Virus record (IMG/VR): IMGVR_UViG_3300042321_002788
Location: 62,001 to 82,806 of that record
DNA: 20,806 nucleotides
DNA from: an uncultured virus (IMG/VR IMGVR_UViG_3300042321_002788)
Taxonomy: Duplodnaviria > Heunggongvirae > Uroviricota > Caudoviricetes
Strand: one strand, 5' to 3'
The position numbers and the translations under genes were made by a program. Shown one piece after another: positions 6,881-15,060 of the stretch; within the stretch, counting starts at the first letter, position 1, and each line of letters starts with the position of its first letter. The notes below the pieces were generated by a model that was given only the letters and a program-made list of their open reading frames with translations, made no database searches and was not told the origin of the DNA.

Positions 6881-8606
6881 TCTCGGACTGAGTGGGAGTG
6901 CGATTCCCTTCCTGCTTTATCTGCTTACTAATCGAGTGTTCGGCATTCTCTATTGGCGCGTCCCCAATAGACTCTTGATTTGCATCAAGATCAGGCGTGA
7001 ATTTCCCTGCTAAACCAGGGTATTTTCCAATCATAGAGACAGGAAACTTGATTAAAGAGCTAATCGCTCTTAAAAACTCATCTCGTAAGCCACGGATCAG
7101 AATATTTGCGGCGGCATTCTGATCGGCGTGGGCTTCATAGCCACAGCTAACACATCTAAACTTTGATTGACTAACGCGGTTAGCTTTATCAATATTACCA
7201 CAATTGAAGCAAGTTTGTGAAGTATGTTTAGGATTAACTCGGATCACTTTTCTGCCACGTTCGTTAGCTTTATTTTCGATAAATGTACGAAGTTGTCCAA
7301 TAGCATTATCAAGTAATGCCTTATTTAATCCGGACTTTCTTTTTTTGCCATTTTGTTTATAGCCATCACCGTCTTCTCTTTCTTTAGGTTTTGCGGCGGC
7401 TGTCATGTTTTTTAGTTTTAAATCTTCTAAAATAACTGATTGATATTCGCTGGTTATTTTATGGGCTAATTGAGCATTTCTCCCTTTTCGCTGACGAGCA
7501 ATTTTCTCATGAACACGGGCAAGTTTAGCGTAGGTTTTACGCTGATTATTAGAGTTATCTTTTTGCCTAGAAGCTTGACGCTGTAGTCGGTTAAGTCGCT
7601 TTTTCTGAATTTTTGCGTAGCGTTTAGCTTCTGATTGTCTCCCTAAGTCATCGGTAAATATTGCCACAGCACCCATATCTAAACCAACACATTTATCAGA
7701 TTCTTTATAGATCATGTCGTCGGTTTCAACGGTTAACTGTAGATAATATCCCGTCGCTTTACGAGTAATTTTAGCCATTCGGGGAGCTTTCCCTTGTAGT
7801 CGGTCAATCCCCCGTACTTTCAGTAATCCTATCTTTGAAGAAACAATAACCCCATTAGATTCAATCTTTATAGTTTCAGGTTGACCGTTAACAAGAGTCT
7901 CTACCTTATCCCGTCTTCTTTTAAACTTAGGAATCCCACGGATACCTTTTTTAGCGGCATCATAAGCAGGTTTAATCACACTTCTAAAAAAGCCTTTTTT
8001 AAACTCTGTTTCAATTTCACCGATAAATTTTGCTGTATCTTCTCGAAAGTAAAAAGCAAGTTTCTCCCTATTGAGATAATTAATAGCATCCTTGTCAATA
8101 TTTTCGGCATTCTTGAAACGACGGATAGGAATAGCATATAAGGGAGTATATTCTTTTCTGTTGCTTGTCTTTTTAAAATAGGCAATTTTACAGCAAGGAT
8201 TGCCAATTAAAAGTTCTTTTTCTTTATCTTTAAGGGCTTTAAACTCTTTTTCGTCATAATCCCCAGAATAACTTAACTCCCATATTTCAGGGCTAAACTC
8301 ATCAAATTTATGTTTTTTGCGATAATATCTTTGCTTTGATTCTTCCTTAAGTGCGATCGAAAGATTCCAGAGTAACTTACACGCCGCTAAAGAACGATCA
8401 ATCTCTGTGATTTGTTCTTTAGTAGGATGTATCTTAAATTCCAAGACTTCCATAGAAGATTTTTCTTCTTTTTTCTTAGGAGTCTTTTTTACGATACTAA
8501 ACCCTAGATGCCCATCTTTAGAACTAGGCGTTTTTTGAATTTGATACTCATCTACTTTACGCTTAACTTTACTTTCTTTGGCTTTCATAGATCGACCTTC
8601 TTTCAT
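6705..8606 (-). CDS. TnpB/Cas12-like RNA-guided RuvC nuclease, CRISPR-associated (type V-U-like; C2c8/V-U2 is a candidate assignment)
   Basis: TnpB-type N-terminus FKIHPTKEQ...CKLLWN; RuvC-I GLD310MG, RuvC-II ILE394DL, Zn ribbon CFNC...CVSC, RuvC-III AD495QNAAANI; stop 97 nt from the first repeat; likely start ATG 8588 (GAAGG RBS). Confidence 0.9.
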   Translation of the reverse strand: MKEGRSMKAKESKVKRKVDEYQIQKTPSSKDGHLGFSIVKKTPKKKEEKSSMEVLEFKIHPTKEQITEIDRSLAACKLLWNLSIALKEESKQRYYRKKHKFDEFSPEIWELSYSGDYDEKEFKALKDKEKELLIGNPCCKIAYFKKTSNRKEYTPLYAIPIRRFKNAENIDKDAINYLNREKLAFYFREDTAKFIGEIETEFKKGFFRSVIKPAYDAAKKGIRGIPKFKRRRDKVETLVNGQPETIKIESNGVIVSSKIGLLKVRGIDRLQGKAPRMAKITRKATGYYLQLTVETDDMIYKESDKCVGLDMGAVAIFTDDLGRQSEAKRYAKIQKKRLNRLQRQASRQKDNSNNQRKTYAKLARVHEKIARQRKGRNAQLAHKITSEYQSVILEDLKLKNMTAAAKPKEREDGDGYKQNGKKRKSGLNKALLDNAIGQLRTFIENKANERGRKVIRVNPKHTSQTCFNCGNIDKANRVSQSKFRCVSCGYEAHADQNAAANILIRGLRDEFLRAISSLIKFPVSMIGKYPGLAGKFTPDLDANQESIGDAPIENAEHSISKQIKQEGNRTPTQSENDSQSLIFSSAPPQPCEDSHGINNLEALPNKASKRNSKKSRGAIPENPDQLTIWDLLA

Positions 8607-8615
8607 TTTTATTTA

Positions 8616-8645
8616 AATCTACCATAACCCTGCTAGAAATGTCAA
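8616..8645 (-). promoter_or_regulatory. Sigma70-type promoter of the nuclease gene
   Basis: TTGACA-N18-TAGATT with extended TGn; near-identical copy at 9075-9104. Confidence 0.7.
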
Positions 8646-8697
8646 GTAAGAAGTCTAAAGATTTTTAATGTCAAATAATGGGATACCAGTTCCCACA

Positions 8698-9030
8698 TCA
8701 GATATAGCCCAACCTATAAAAGTTAAAGGCAGTAGTATCAATATGAAGGGGAAACCCTATAGCTTCCCAATAGTATAATAGTCTTGGCGCGTCAAGAACC
8801 TGAACCGTATAATTTAATCCTGTTTCAGTGAGGATAAATTTTTCAAAAATCTCTGGGGCAACTAAAACAGAACAATAGCTAGTATCGTTAAATTTACCAG
8901 ATTTTTTGGCTAATTCAGAAGTAATTGCGATCAAAATCTCTTTTGTAAGTAATCTTTCTTGCGATATATTGCAACTATCTAAGTTAGTCCAAGCGGTAAA
9001 TTTAACATAATTAGATCGGGAATTAAACAT
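8698..9030 (-). CDS. Hypothetical protein (110 aa) upstream of the nuclease
   Basis: ORF with its own copy of the duplicated promoter. Confidence 0.65.
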   Translation of the reverse strand: MFNSRSNYVKFTAWTNLDSCNISQERLLTKEILIAITSELAKKSGKFNDTSYCSVLVAPEIFEKFILTETGLNYTVQVLDAPRLLYYWEAIGFPLHIDTTAFNFYRLGYI

Positions 9031-9074
9031 AACTTATAGTAAAAAAAGGTGCTAAACTATATTTGACTAACTTA

Positions 9075-9104
9075 AATCTACCATAAGCCTACTAGAAATG
9101 TCAA
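9075..9104 (-). promoter_or_regulatory. Sigma70-type promoter (duplicate of 8616-8645)
   Basis: TTGACA-N18-TAGATT; its -35 overlaps the ATG of the divergent RHH gene. Confidence 0.7.
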
Positions 9105-9238
9105 GTAAAAATTATTATCCTCTTAACGTCCGTACATCAGAATCAGAAGAGAAAAAGCTAAAAAACTACTGTAAAGCCCAAAAGCGGTCAATAACCGAGG
9201 TAGTCCGAGAATTGATTAGAAGTTTACCCGATAACTAA
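9098..9238 (+). CDS. CopG/Arc-like ribbon-helix-helix DNA-binding protein (46 aa, not in the ORF track)
   Basis: MSSKNYYPLNVRTSESEEKKLKNYCKAQKRSITEVVRELIRSLPDN: beta strand LNVR, helix, then SxTEVVRELI; followed by a terminator. Confidence 0.8.
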   Translation: MSSKNYYPLNVRTSESEEKKLKNYCKAQKRSITEVVRELIRSLPDN

Positions 9239-9267
9239 TCAAGGGTGTTGTCGGGATAGCTAACACA

Positions 9268-9297
9268 AAAAGTGCCAGTTTACAGACTGGCACTTTT
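9268..9297. terminator. Intrinsic terminator, probably bidirectional
   Basis: AAAAGTGCCAGT-N6-ACTGGCACTTTT. Confidence 0.75.
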
Positions 9298-9355
9298 AAC
9301 TTTATTCCCCAATTAACAGTTACTTGACGATTTTAGTGAGAAGAAAAAAATAGTT

Positions 9356-9388
9356 AAAGAGAGAGGATTAAAATAATCCTCTCTCTTT
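9356..9388. terminator. Perfect 15-bp inverted repeat / terminator
   Basis: AAAGAGAGAGGATTA-AAA-TAATCCTCTCTCTTT followed by Ts. Confidence 0.7.
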
Positions 9389-9411
9389 TTTAGTTTCCTG
9401 TACTGGCAGTC

Positions 9412-9675
9412 GTTGTTAGATTGTAATTAGATTGTAGATACTCTTATTAACAATGAAACCCTTACAGGGATTAGCTTTTACGCTTTGTTAATACTGTTAA
9501 CACCATTCCCCGATGTTATTTTTTTACGCTCTTACTGCTGAGGCTGTCTTGCCCCTTTACCCTATTTTCTTTTTTCCTCTATACGGCATCAACGGCATCA
9601 ACAAAGTTTAAAACCTATATATATCAAGACCTCCATTGTTAATATCCTTATCTACAATTTATTAACGATAATAAC
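9412..9675. repeat. Long imperfect inverted repeat (~90-bp arms, 80-bp spacer)
   Basis: Arms 9412-9504 and 9585-9675; core ATTGTAGATA-N4-TATTAACAATG versus CATTGTTAATA-N4-TATCTACAAT. Confidence 0.75.
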
Positions 9676-9697
9676 TTAGTTCTTCTGTACTATTATC

Positions 9698-9764
9698 TTT
9701 TTGTAAGTTTTTTGCAAGTTTTTTTTTAAAAATACTTGACAATTCTAGCAATCTACTATAAGAT
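9698..9764 (+). promoter_or_regulatory. Early-operon promoter with upstream putative operator
   Basis: TTGACA(9736)-N17-TAAGAT(9759); 21-mer 9698-9718 is the exact reverse complement of 15706-15726. Confidence 0.75.
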
Positions 9765-9790
9765 TGTATTAATCAAATTTTAGAGGAGCG

Positions 9791-10084
9791 ATGCTTATCA
9801 CCCATATCTCGGTAGATTATAGACAGAAAGTCAATCTTGGTAACTTTGAGTCCGTGGATGTAAGTATAAATATTCATGGGAAACCAGAAGACGACGAAGA
9901 TGCTGATGCTTGCTATGAATTTCTTTTAAATCAAGCACAGCGAGTAGTTATGTCAAAACTTCTGGAAGTAACAGAGGCTCATGATGTCACTTGCCCAAGT
10001 GTGGTCAAGTATTTTGCTGGTAAAGAAACAGACGAGTTTCCTTCCTCTTATAGATTTAGCGACCCTAGCAACCTTCCTTTTTAG
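9791..10084 (+). CDS. Hypothetical phage protein (NLGNFES motif, acidic, ends ...NLPF)
   Basis: RBS GAGGAG; first gene of the plus-strand operon. Confidence 0.75.
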   Translation: MLITHISVDYRQKVNLGNFESVDVSINIHGKPEDDEDADACYEFLLNQAQRVVMSKLLEVTEAHDVTCPSVVKYFAGKETDEFPSSYRFSDPSNLPF

Positions 10085-10095
10085 GAGTAAAAACA

Positions 10096-11103
10096 ATGCC
10101 TATAAAATCTTTGACAACAAGACAAGCCCGGTTCCTTAGACTGGGTATAATTCGCAAAGGGGGAGAAAAAAAAGAAAACCCTAAAAGACCTGGCACTCTA
10201 ATAAGCGGAGATGATTTAGAATATTTTCGCATTGATTCTGATATTCAAGGAATCAACGAAAAATTTACCGCTATTTACGGGAAAGAACCAAAGCAATTAG
10301 ATTGCTTGTTACCTTTTCCTTATACAGACCAAGTATTTCCTTGTTGGATGGAACAGTGGAATGATAAAGATTTAAAAACCTCTGGGTTAATGATTCGGTG
10401 CGACGAGGAAAAGCAACATATCTACCAACAAGCTGGCAAAATGATTGCCACTAATCCTATCCCGTGCAAACGACAACAAAATCCTGACGGAAGTTATTCA
10501 GGGTGTAAATGCAAGCAAGTTGGGCGATTGCAGATTGTTTTACCTAAATTAGGTGAACTAGGATACTTTGAAGTCGAAACCCATTCAAAGTGGGATATTA
10601 TCGGACTAACAGAGCAACTACTAGCTATTGAAACATCGGCTGGTAGTTTGATTGGTATCCCTTTTCTATTAGAACGCGGGTCAAGAGAGCTATCTTATCC
10701 CTTACCAGACGGAAAAAGGGGACGAAAGACTTTTAGTCTTTTATCAATCCGTGTTCACCCTAGCAGAGCGTCTCAAGTTCTAGAAGTCATTGAAACAAAA
10801 GCCTTTCAACAATTTACGGGAAATGTAGAACCTGTCAGAACTCTAACTCCTGCGTCAACGGGAAACGTAAAATTGTTCAACGCTTCGCAATCACTGTCAG
10901 AGGATCGCAAGCAGGCTGGAATTACTTGGGCTGTAAATCAAGGATTACCTCAACCAGAAGCTTTGCAAATCGCCCAACAAGCAACCTCCGAAAAAGAATT
11001 GGCCGACCTCCTAAAAAAAGCTATAGACGCAAGGCTAAAGCCAGTAATAGAAGTTTGCAGTGAAAATATTGATCCTGGTGAACTTCTTAGTGAAGATTTT
11101 TAA
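10096..11103 (+). CDS. Gp3-like (phiC31/phiBT1-type) recombination directionality factor-like protein
   Basis: MPIKxLT...RLGxIRKG...DLEYFR, RCD, C..C.C..VGRL pattern and G-x-FEVETHS, consistent with the Gp3-like family. Confidence 0.7.
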   Translation: MPIKSLTTRQARFLRLGIIRKGGEKKENPKRPGTLISGDDLEYFRIDSDIQGINEKFTAIYGKEPKQLDCLLPFPYTDQVFPCWMEQWNDKDLKTSGLMIRCDEEKQHIYQQAGKMIATNPIPCKRQQNPDGSYSGCKCKQVGRLQIVLPKLGELGYFEVETHSKWDIIGLTEQLLAIETSAGSLIGIPFLLERGSRELSYPLPDGKRGRKTFSLLSIRVHPSRASQVLEVIETKAFQQFTGNVEPVRTLTPASTGNVKLFNASQSLSEDRKQAGITWAVNQGLPQPEALQIAQQATSEKELADLLKKAIDARLKPVIEVCSENIDPGELLSEDF

Positions 11104-11109
11104 TTAGTT

Positions 11110-11135
11110 GCCAGTTGTCAGTTGTCAGTTATCAG
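11110..11135 (+). repeat. Heptamer tandem repeat (CAGTTRT), STRR-like; shorter copy at ~14344-14360
   Basis: gccagttgtcagttgtcagttatcag in an intergenic position. Confidence 0.6.
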
Positions 11136-11156
11136 CAACTTATTAGGAGTAAATCA

Positions 11157-11414
11157 ATGTCTGTGTTCCCAGTTTTCAAAATAATCAAAATGCTCCGATC
11201 TCCAGAAGATGACATGACAGATTTTATCTTTTTAGGACAACAATATCGGTTAATAGCAAGGCCAATAAAATACTGGAAGTATTTTCCGTTTTCTCCGAGG
11301 TTTTGCGGTAAGCGTTTTTTTTATCAGTGTCCGTGGCTAACCATTTTTTCTTTACACAGCGCTGATCCTAGCGTTTTGTTAGACGATGAAAGTAATTCAC
11401 TTAAAAACCATTAG
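11157..11414 (+). CDS. Hypothetical protein
   Basis: AGGAGTAA RBS before ATG 11157 (ORF track start 11115 lies in the heptamer repeat). Confidence 0.6.
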   Translation: MSVFPVFKIIKMLRSPEDDMTDFIFLGQQYRLIARPIKYWKYFPFSPRFCGKRFFYQCPWLTIFSLHSADPSVLLDDESNSLKNH

Positions 11415-11424
11415 GAGTAAACCA

Positions 11425-11562
11425 ATGACACATCAAGAAGAATTAATGAAAGATTGGAGTTTAGAACGACAAGTTAAAGCTTTATCCATCGTGGCTCCTA
11501 ATTTACATCTTTTTATGGAATATAACCCAGAACAGTTAATGGCATTAAGGAGTATTAAATGA
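11425..11562 (+). CDS. Small hypothetical protein (45 aa, not in the ORF track)
   Basis: AGGAGTAA RBS; MTHQEELMKDWSLERQVK...RSIK; ATGA overlap with the next gene. Confidence 0.65.
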   Translation: MTHQEELMKDWSLERQVKALSIVAPNLHLFMEYNPEQLMALRSIK

Positions 11563-11978
11563 ATCTGAATCTCTTAAGTCGTGATTGGTGGGATGAACTG
11601 ACTTCCCAGCAAATACAAGAAATCTTAGTTGAAAGCAGCAAAAACCAATGGAAAGTTTTAAGTACAGGGCAAGTCGAAAATATTTGCTTGCATGGATTGG
11701 TGGCTAACCTAGTTTTTAGTGTAGGCATTAATCAAGTACAGCAATTAAAGGCAGATTTTGAGATTACTTGCGATTCTGGCAAGACTAAAAAAGTAATCAA
11801 GATTAATTTAACATTTGTAGAATTGAAATCTACAAACTTGCTATTTGAAACATTAACAAGTTTATCGGAATCAAATAATCCGTATATATGGATTAAAGGT
11901 AAGGCGATTAATCTTCCAGAAATTACGATTCTTGTTAACGAATGGGGAAAACGCTATGAAGACCTAAAAATGCCTTAA
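11559..11978 (+). CDS. Hypothetical protein (139 aa)
   Basis: AGGAG RBS, translational coupling. Confidence 0.7.
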   Translation: MNLNLLSRDWWDELTSQQIQEILVESSKNQWKVLSTGQVENICLHGLVANLVFSVGINQVQQLKADFEITCDSGKTKKVIKINLTFVELKSTNLLFETLTSLSESNNPYIWIKGKAINLPEITILVNEWGKRYEDLKMP

Positions 11979-12011
11979 AAGTAAAAACTAGCACAATTGG
12001 GGAGTAAAACA

Positions 12012-12413
12012 GTGAACATCAACTCGCATCTCAAAGAGGAGCTATATAAGCTTATGATTAAAAATAAATATCTCGAATTATCTCTTGACTCAAAAAATTG
12101 GATTGATGATTTATTAAAAAAATCTCAAACTAGCCAAATAACTAACGAGATATTAATCTGGTGGTGGGAAGGAGATATACAAAAAGGATACGTCTATCTG
12201 TACTTATTCGATGGTAAATGGAATCTCTCTTTTATTAATCGGGTTAAATTTTGGGTTATAACTATTCTTATGCCTATATGTACAGGAGTTGCTATTCCTT
12301 CTCCTCTTAAAAAAGATTTTGATCTTTTCAGAGAAGCTTTAACACTAGCGTCGATTTTTCTAGCAGAAAAAAGCTGGTATAAAGAAATAACCGACAATAC
12401 AACTAAGGAGTAA
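12012..12413 (+). CDS. Hypothetical protein, tandem paralogue 1
   Basis: GGAGTAA RBS before GTG 12012; shares Y-x-x-L...K.W/Y.D.L and TGVAIP..LKK..LF..A...AS. Confidence 0.7.
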   Translation: MNINSHLKEELYKLMIKNKYLELSLDSKNWIDDLLKKSQTSQITNEILIWWWEGDIQKGYVYLYLFDGKWNLSFINRVKFWVITILMPICTGVAIPSPLKKDFDLFREALTLASIFLAEKSWYKEITDNTTKE

Positions 12414-12417
12414 AAAA

Positions 12418-12858
12418 ATGAAAAGCCTGACCTATCGAGTGCTAATCAACTTAAGCTACGCTGAGTTGCCAACAGAAGCCAAGCAATATGTTGATCGCTT
12501 AGTTCTTGAAACATCAAAAGAACCCTTTGCATCGAAAATATTAGAAGGAGTTTATGAAAACGTAATCAAAGCAGATGACAATGATATAGAATGTCTTCTT
12601 TTAAGCGGTGCATTTATTGACGCTGATTCAAATAGGAAAGTAGGATGTTTTTGGCGTTTTAAAACTGCTATATTCCAGTTTATCTTTTCGATTTTAACAG
12701 GTGTAGCAATACCTAATCTTTTCAAGAAAAACTATTGTCTTTTTCTACAATCTCTTGTTATAGCTAGTTACCTTGTAAAAGAGGGTTATGTCATTCTCCC
12801 ATTGTTTGGGATACGAATAAAGCAAGAAACAACTAAAAATAATCTACAGAAGGAGTAA
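12418..12858 (+). CDS. Hypothetical protein, tandem paralogue 2
   Basis: YAELPTEAKQYVD and TGVAIPNLFKK. Confidence 0.75.
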   Translation: MKSLTYRVLINLSYAELPTEAKQYVDRLVLETSKEPFASKILEGVYENVIKADDNDIECLLLSGAFIDADSNRKVGCFWRFKTAIFQFIFSILTGVAIPNLFKKNYCLFLQSLVIASYLVKEGYVILPLFGIRIKQETTKNNLQKE

Positions 12859-12862
12859 CCCA

Positions 12863-13273
12863 ATGGACATTCAACGCGCAATGCTAGTTCGGAGAAAATA
12901 CAATAGCTTGCCTACCGAAGCTAAACAATACGTTGATGCTTTACTATTAGAAGTGAAACAGAATCCTAAATTAGACTATTTAGAACTGTTTTATAAATTC
13001 GCAATCAAGGGCAATATAATGGATTGTCTTGTTCTTGGTAATTACGATTGGAATCAATCTATTACAAAGAAAATAACATTTTGGGTGTGGTTATTTCTTG
13101 TTTTTTGTAAGACAGATGTTTCTATCCCTAAACAGTTAAAAAAGGATGCTAACTTGTTTACGAAAGCTATTGCTATAGCTTCTAATTTTGTAGTAGAGGG
13201 TGATTATGAAGAAATATACAGAACGTCTCACATCTGGGGACTAACTTACAACCCAATCACAACCGAGGAGTAA
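12863..13273 (+). CDS. Hypothetical protein, tandem paralogue 3
   Basis: YNSLPTEAKQYVD and TDVSIPKQLKK. Confidence 0.75.
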   Translation: MDIQRAMLVRRKYNSLPTEAKQYVDALLLEVKQNPKLDYLELFYKFAIKGNIMDCLVLGNYDWNQSITKKITFWVWLFLVFCKTDVSIPKQLKKDANLFTKAIAIASNFVVEGDYEEIYRTSHIWGLTYNPITTEE

Positions 13274-13277
13274 CAAA

Positions 13278-14339
13278 ATGAGTGCAAAATCAAGAGACAA
13301 AATCAGAACTTATGGGTCTGCAAGAGGAGAGTTAATCGTAGTCGATCCCCAGCTAATTTCTTTCAGATTAGCTAACGGTGACTTTATCGGGCCAAGAATA
13401 GGGCTTCATGACGACGGCAAAATGCACGTCTTGCCTGATGAAACTCTTTTAACCTTTAGCCTCGATTTAATCGAGGCTATCGCAGGGGAAAGCGGATGGA
13501 ATACCCGCGTTACCTACGACTTGGAGTTGATTAAAGAACTAGCCGATAAGATACTGGCATCGGGCGTAATCTATCAACCTTTACACTTGATTGCAGACGG
13601 TGATCGACTGTTTCCTATGGACGGGCATCGAAGGGTATTAGCTTGGTTGCTTTTAGCCTCTCAAGGAATAATAATTCCTAACGTTCTAGCAATTATTAAG
13701 CCTTTGTCAGGCGGGCTAACCGTCCGGGACTTAGAGTATCAAATGCTCTCTTACGGCACTGATAGCGAAAAACTATCGGTGTACGACAAAGCGAAACTGA
13801 TCAGACGGCATTTACACGAGGATAGATTAGCTGGTTTAACTGAAGAACAGTCCTACCAACAGTTTTGCGAAAAAACTGGATGGAAAAAATCAGAATATGA
13901 TCGGACTCTAGAAATTTCTTCGATGTCTAGTCCGACATTAAAAGCAATCAAAGGTAAAGTATCAGAGACGACTTTACACAATCTTGTAAGGAAAAATGAA
14001 CTAACACTCTCGGAGAAAGAAAATGTTCTTTTAGAGACTGTAGCTATAGCGGAAGAAAAAGGGATAAAAGCCACTGGAGAATTAGTTCAATCTGTAGCAG
14101 CTAACCTTATAGAGTCTAAAAATCCAACTTTTTTGAACTCTGATGGAAACGTAAAACCCAGTGACGAATTAGAGCCAAAACCCATTAAACTTACTCCGAA
14201 AGCTAAAGAAGTTAAATATCTATTAATATCTTTAGCAACCGAAGGAAATGCAAAGCAAACAGACGATGATACAATGACCGTAGATTTTCCTGTAACTCTT
14301 TGGGAAAAACTTATTGATTTTGTAGAGAGATTAAGTTAG
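13278..14339 (+). CDS. ParB/Srx N-terminal domain protein
   Basis: LADKILASGVIYQPL...MDGHRRVLA ParB signature followed by an HTH-like region. Confidence 0.8.
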   Translation: MSAKSRDKIRTYGSARGELIVVDPQLISFRLANGDFIGPRIGLHDDGKMHVLPDETLLTFSLDLIEAIAGESGWNTRVTYDLELIKELADKILASGVIYQPLHLIADGDRLFPMDGHRRVLAWLLLASQGIIIPNVLAIIKPLSGGLTVRDLEYQMLSYGTDSEKLSVYDKAKLIRRHLHEDRLAGLTEEQSYQQFCEKTGWKKSEYDRTLEISSMSSPTLKAIKGKVSETTLHNLVRKNELTLSEKENVLLETVAIAEEKGIKATGELVQSVAANLIESKNPTFLNSDGNVKPSDELEPKPIKLTPKAKEVKYLLISLATEGNAKQTDDDTMTVDFPVTLWEKLIDFVERLS

Positions 14340-14391
14340 GATTAGTTGTCAGTTATCAGTAAAAAATTGCTAAATAAATTAAAAGAACCCG

Positions 14392-14628
14392 ATGATCCAA
14401 CATCACGAACGCACACAAACTCAAATTAAACTGCTATCCCAAAAATTAGCAGATACAGTCGGTAAAGAAATATTTGCTTCTTTAGAAAGAGGAGATCGAG
14501 AAGATATTTTTGAGCAAATGCTTACAAGCCTCTACTATTCCTATAGACTTAATGGTAGCATGAAAAGTTGGTGCGGAACCACATTTCATGTCATTGAAAC
14601 CCTGCTATCTAAACTGGAAAAACAATGA
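14392..14628 (+). CDS. Hypothetical protein (78 aa)
   Basis: ORF with ATGA overlap to the next gene. Confidence 0.6.
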   Translation: MIQHHERTQTQIKLLSQKLADTVGKEIFASLERGDREDIFEQMLTSLYYSYRLNGSMKSWCGTTFHVIETLLSKLEKQ

Positions 14629-15017
14629 ACCAAAAGAATGCACTCAACCCCGAATCTACGAGTTTCGTCTGTCCGCCTGATTGTCCTGCTCGTGAAATAG
14701 AGTGGCCTTGTCCTGACCCTGTACAACTGAGTCCAGAAAAAATAAAACAAGAAAAAAAACAGGCAGAAAAAAAGATTTTTAGAAGTGTTCATTCAAAAAG
14801 AATACTTGGGAGTCTAGAAAAAATTGAAATAGTTTACGGATATACAGTTTATGTATTTTCTGATGGCAGCCGATGGAGCTTAAAGGATTATTATAGACAT
14901 TTAGAAAGTATTCCCTTTTACGGTCCGTACTTAAGTGACTATGGAATTAACCGGAAAGATAAAGAAGGATTTACTCCAGTTAGAACATATCAAGCAACAA
15001 ATGATATGTTTCAATAA
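14625..15017 (+). CDS. Hypothetical protein (130 aa)
   Basis: Last ORF before the terminator. Confidence 0.65.
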   Translation: MNQKNALNPESTSFVCPPDCPAREIEWPCPDPVQLSPEKIKQEKKQAEKKIFRSVHSKRILGSLEKIEIVYGYTVYVFSDGSRWSLKDYYRHLESIPFYGPYLSDYGINRKDKEGFTPVRTYQATNDMFQ

Positions 15018-15026
15018 ATCTCAAAT

Positions 15027-15056
15027 AAAGAACAGAGGGTTAACCCTCTGTTCTTT
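15027..15056. terminator. Bidirectional terminator between convergent genes
   Basis: Perfect 30-bp palindrome AAAGAACAGAGGGTTAACCCTCTGTTCTTT. Confidence 0.85.
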
Positions 15057-15060
15057 TCTG

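Noticed and set aside
6705..8606. Ordinary IS200/IS605 or IS607 transposon
   Set aside because: No tnpA or serine recombinase nearby and no recognisable IS ends; the gene abuts a CRISPR leader and array
6705..8606. Cas12k/CAST or nuclease-dead Cas12m/TldR
   Set aside because: All three RuvC acidic residues are present, and no tnsB, tnsC or tniQ is in the window
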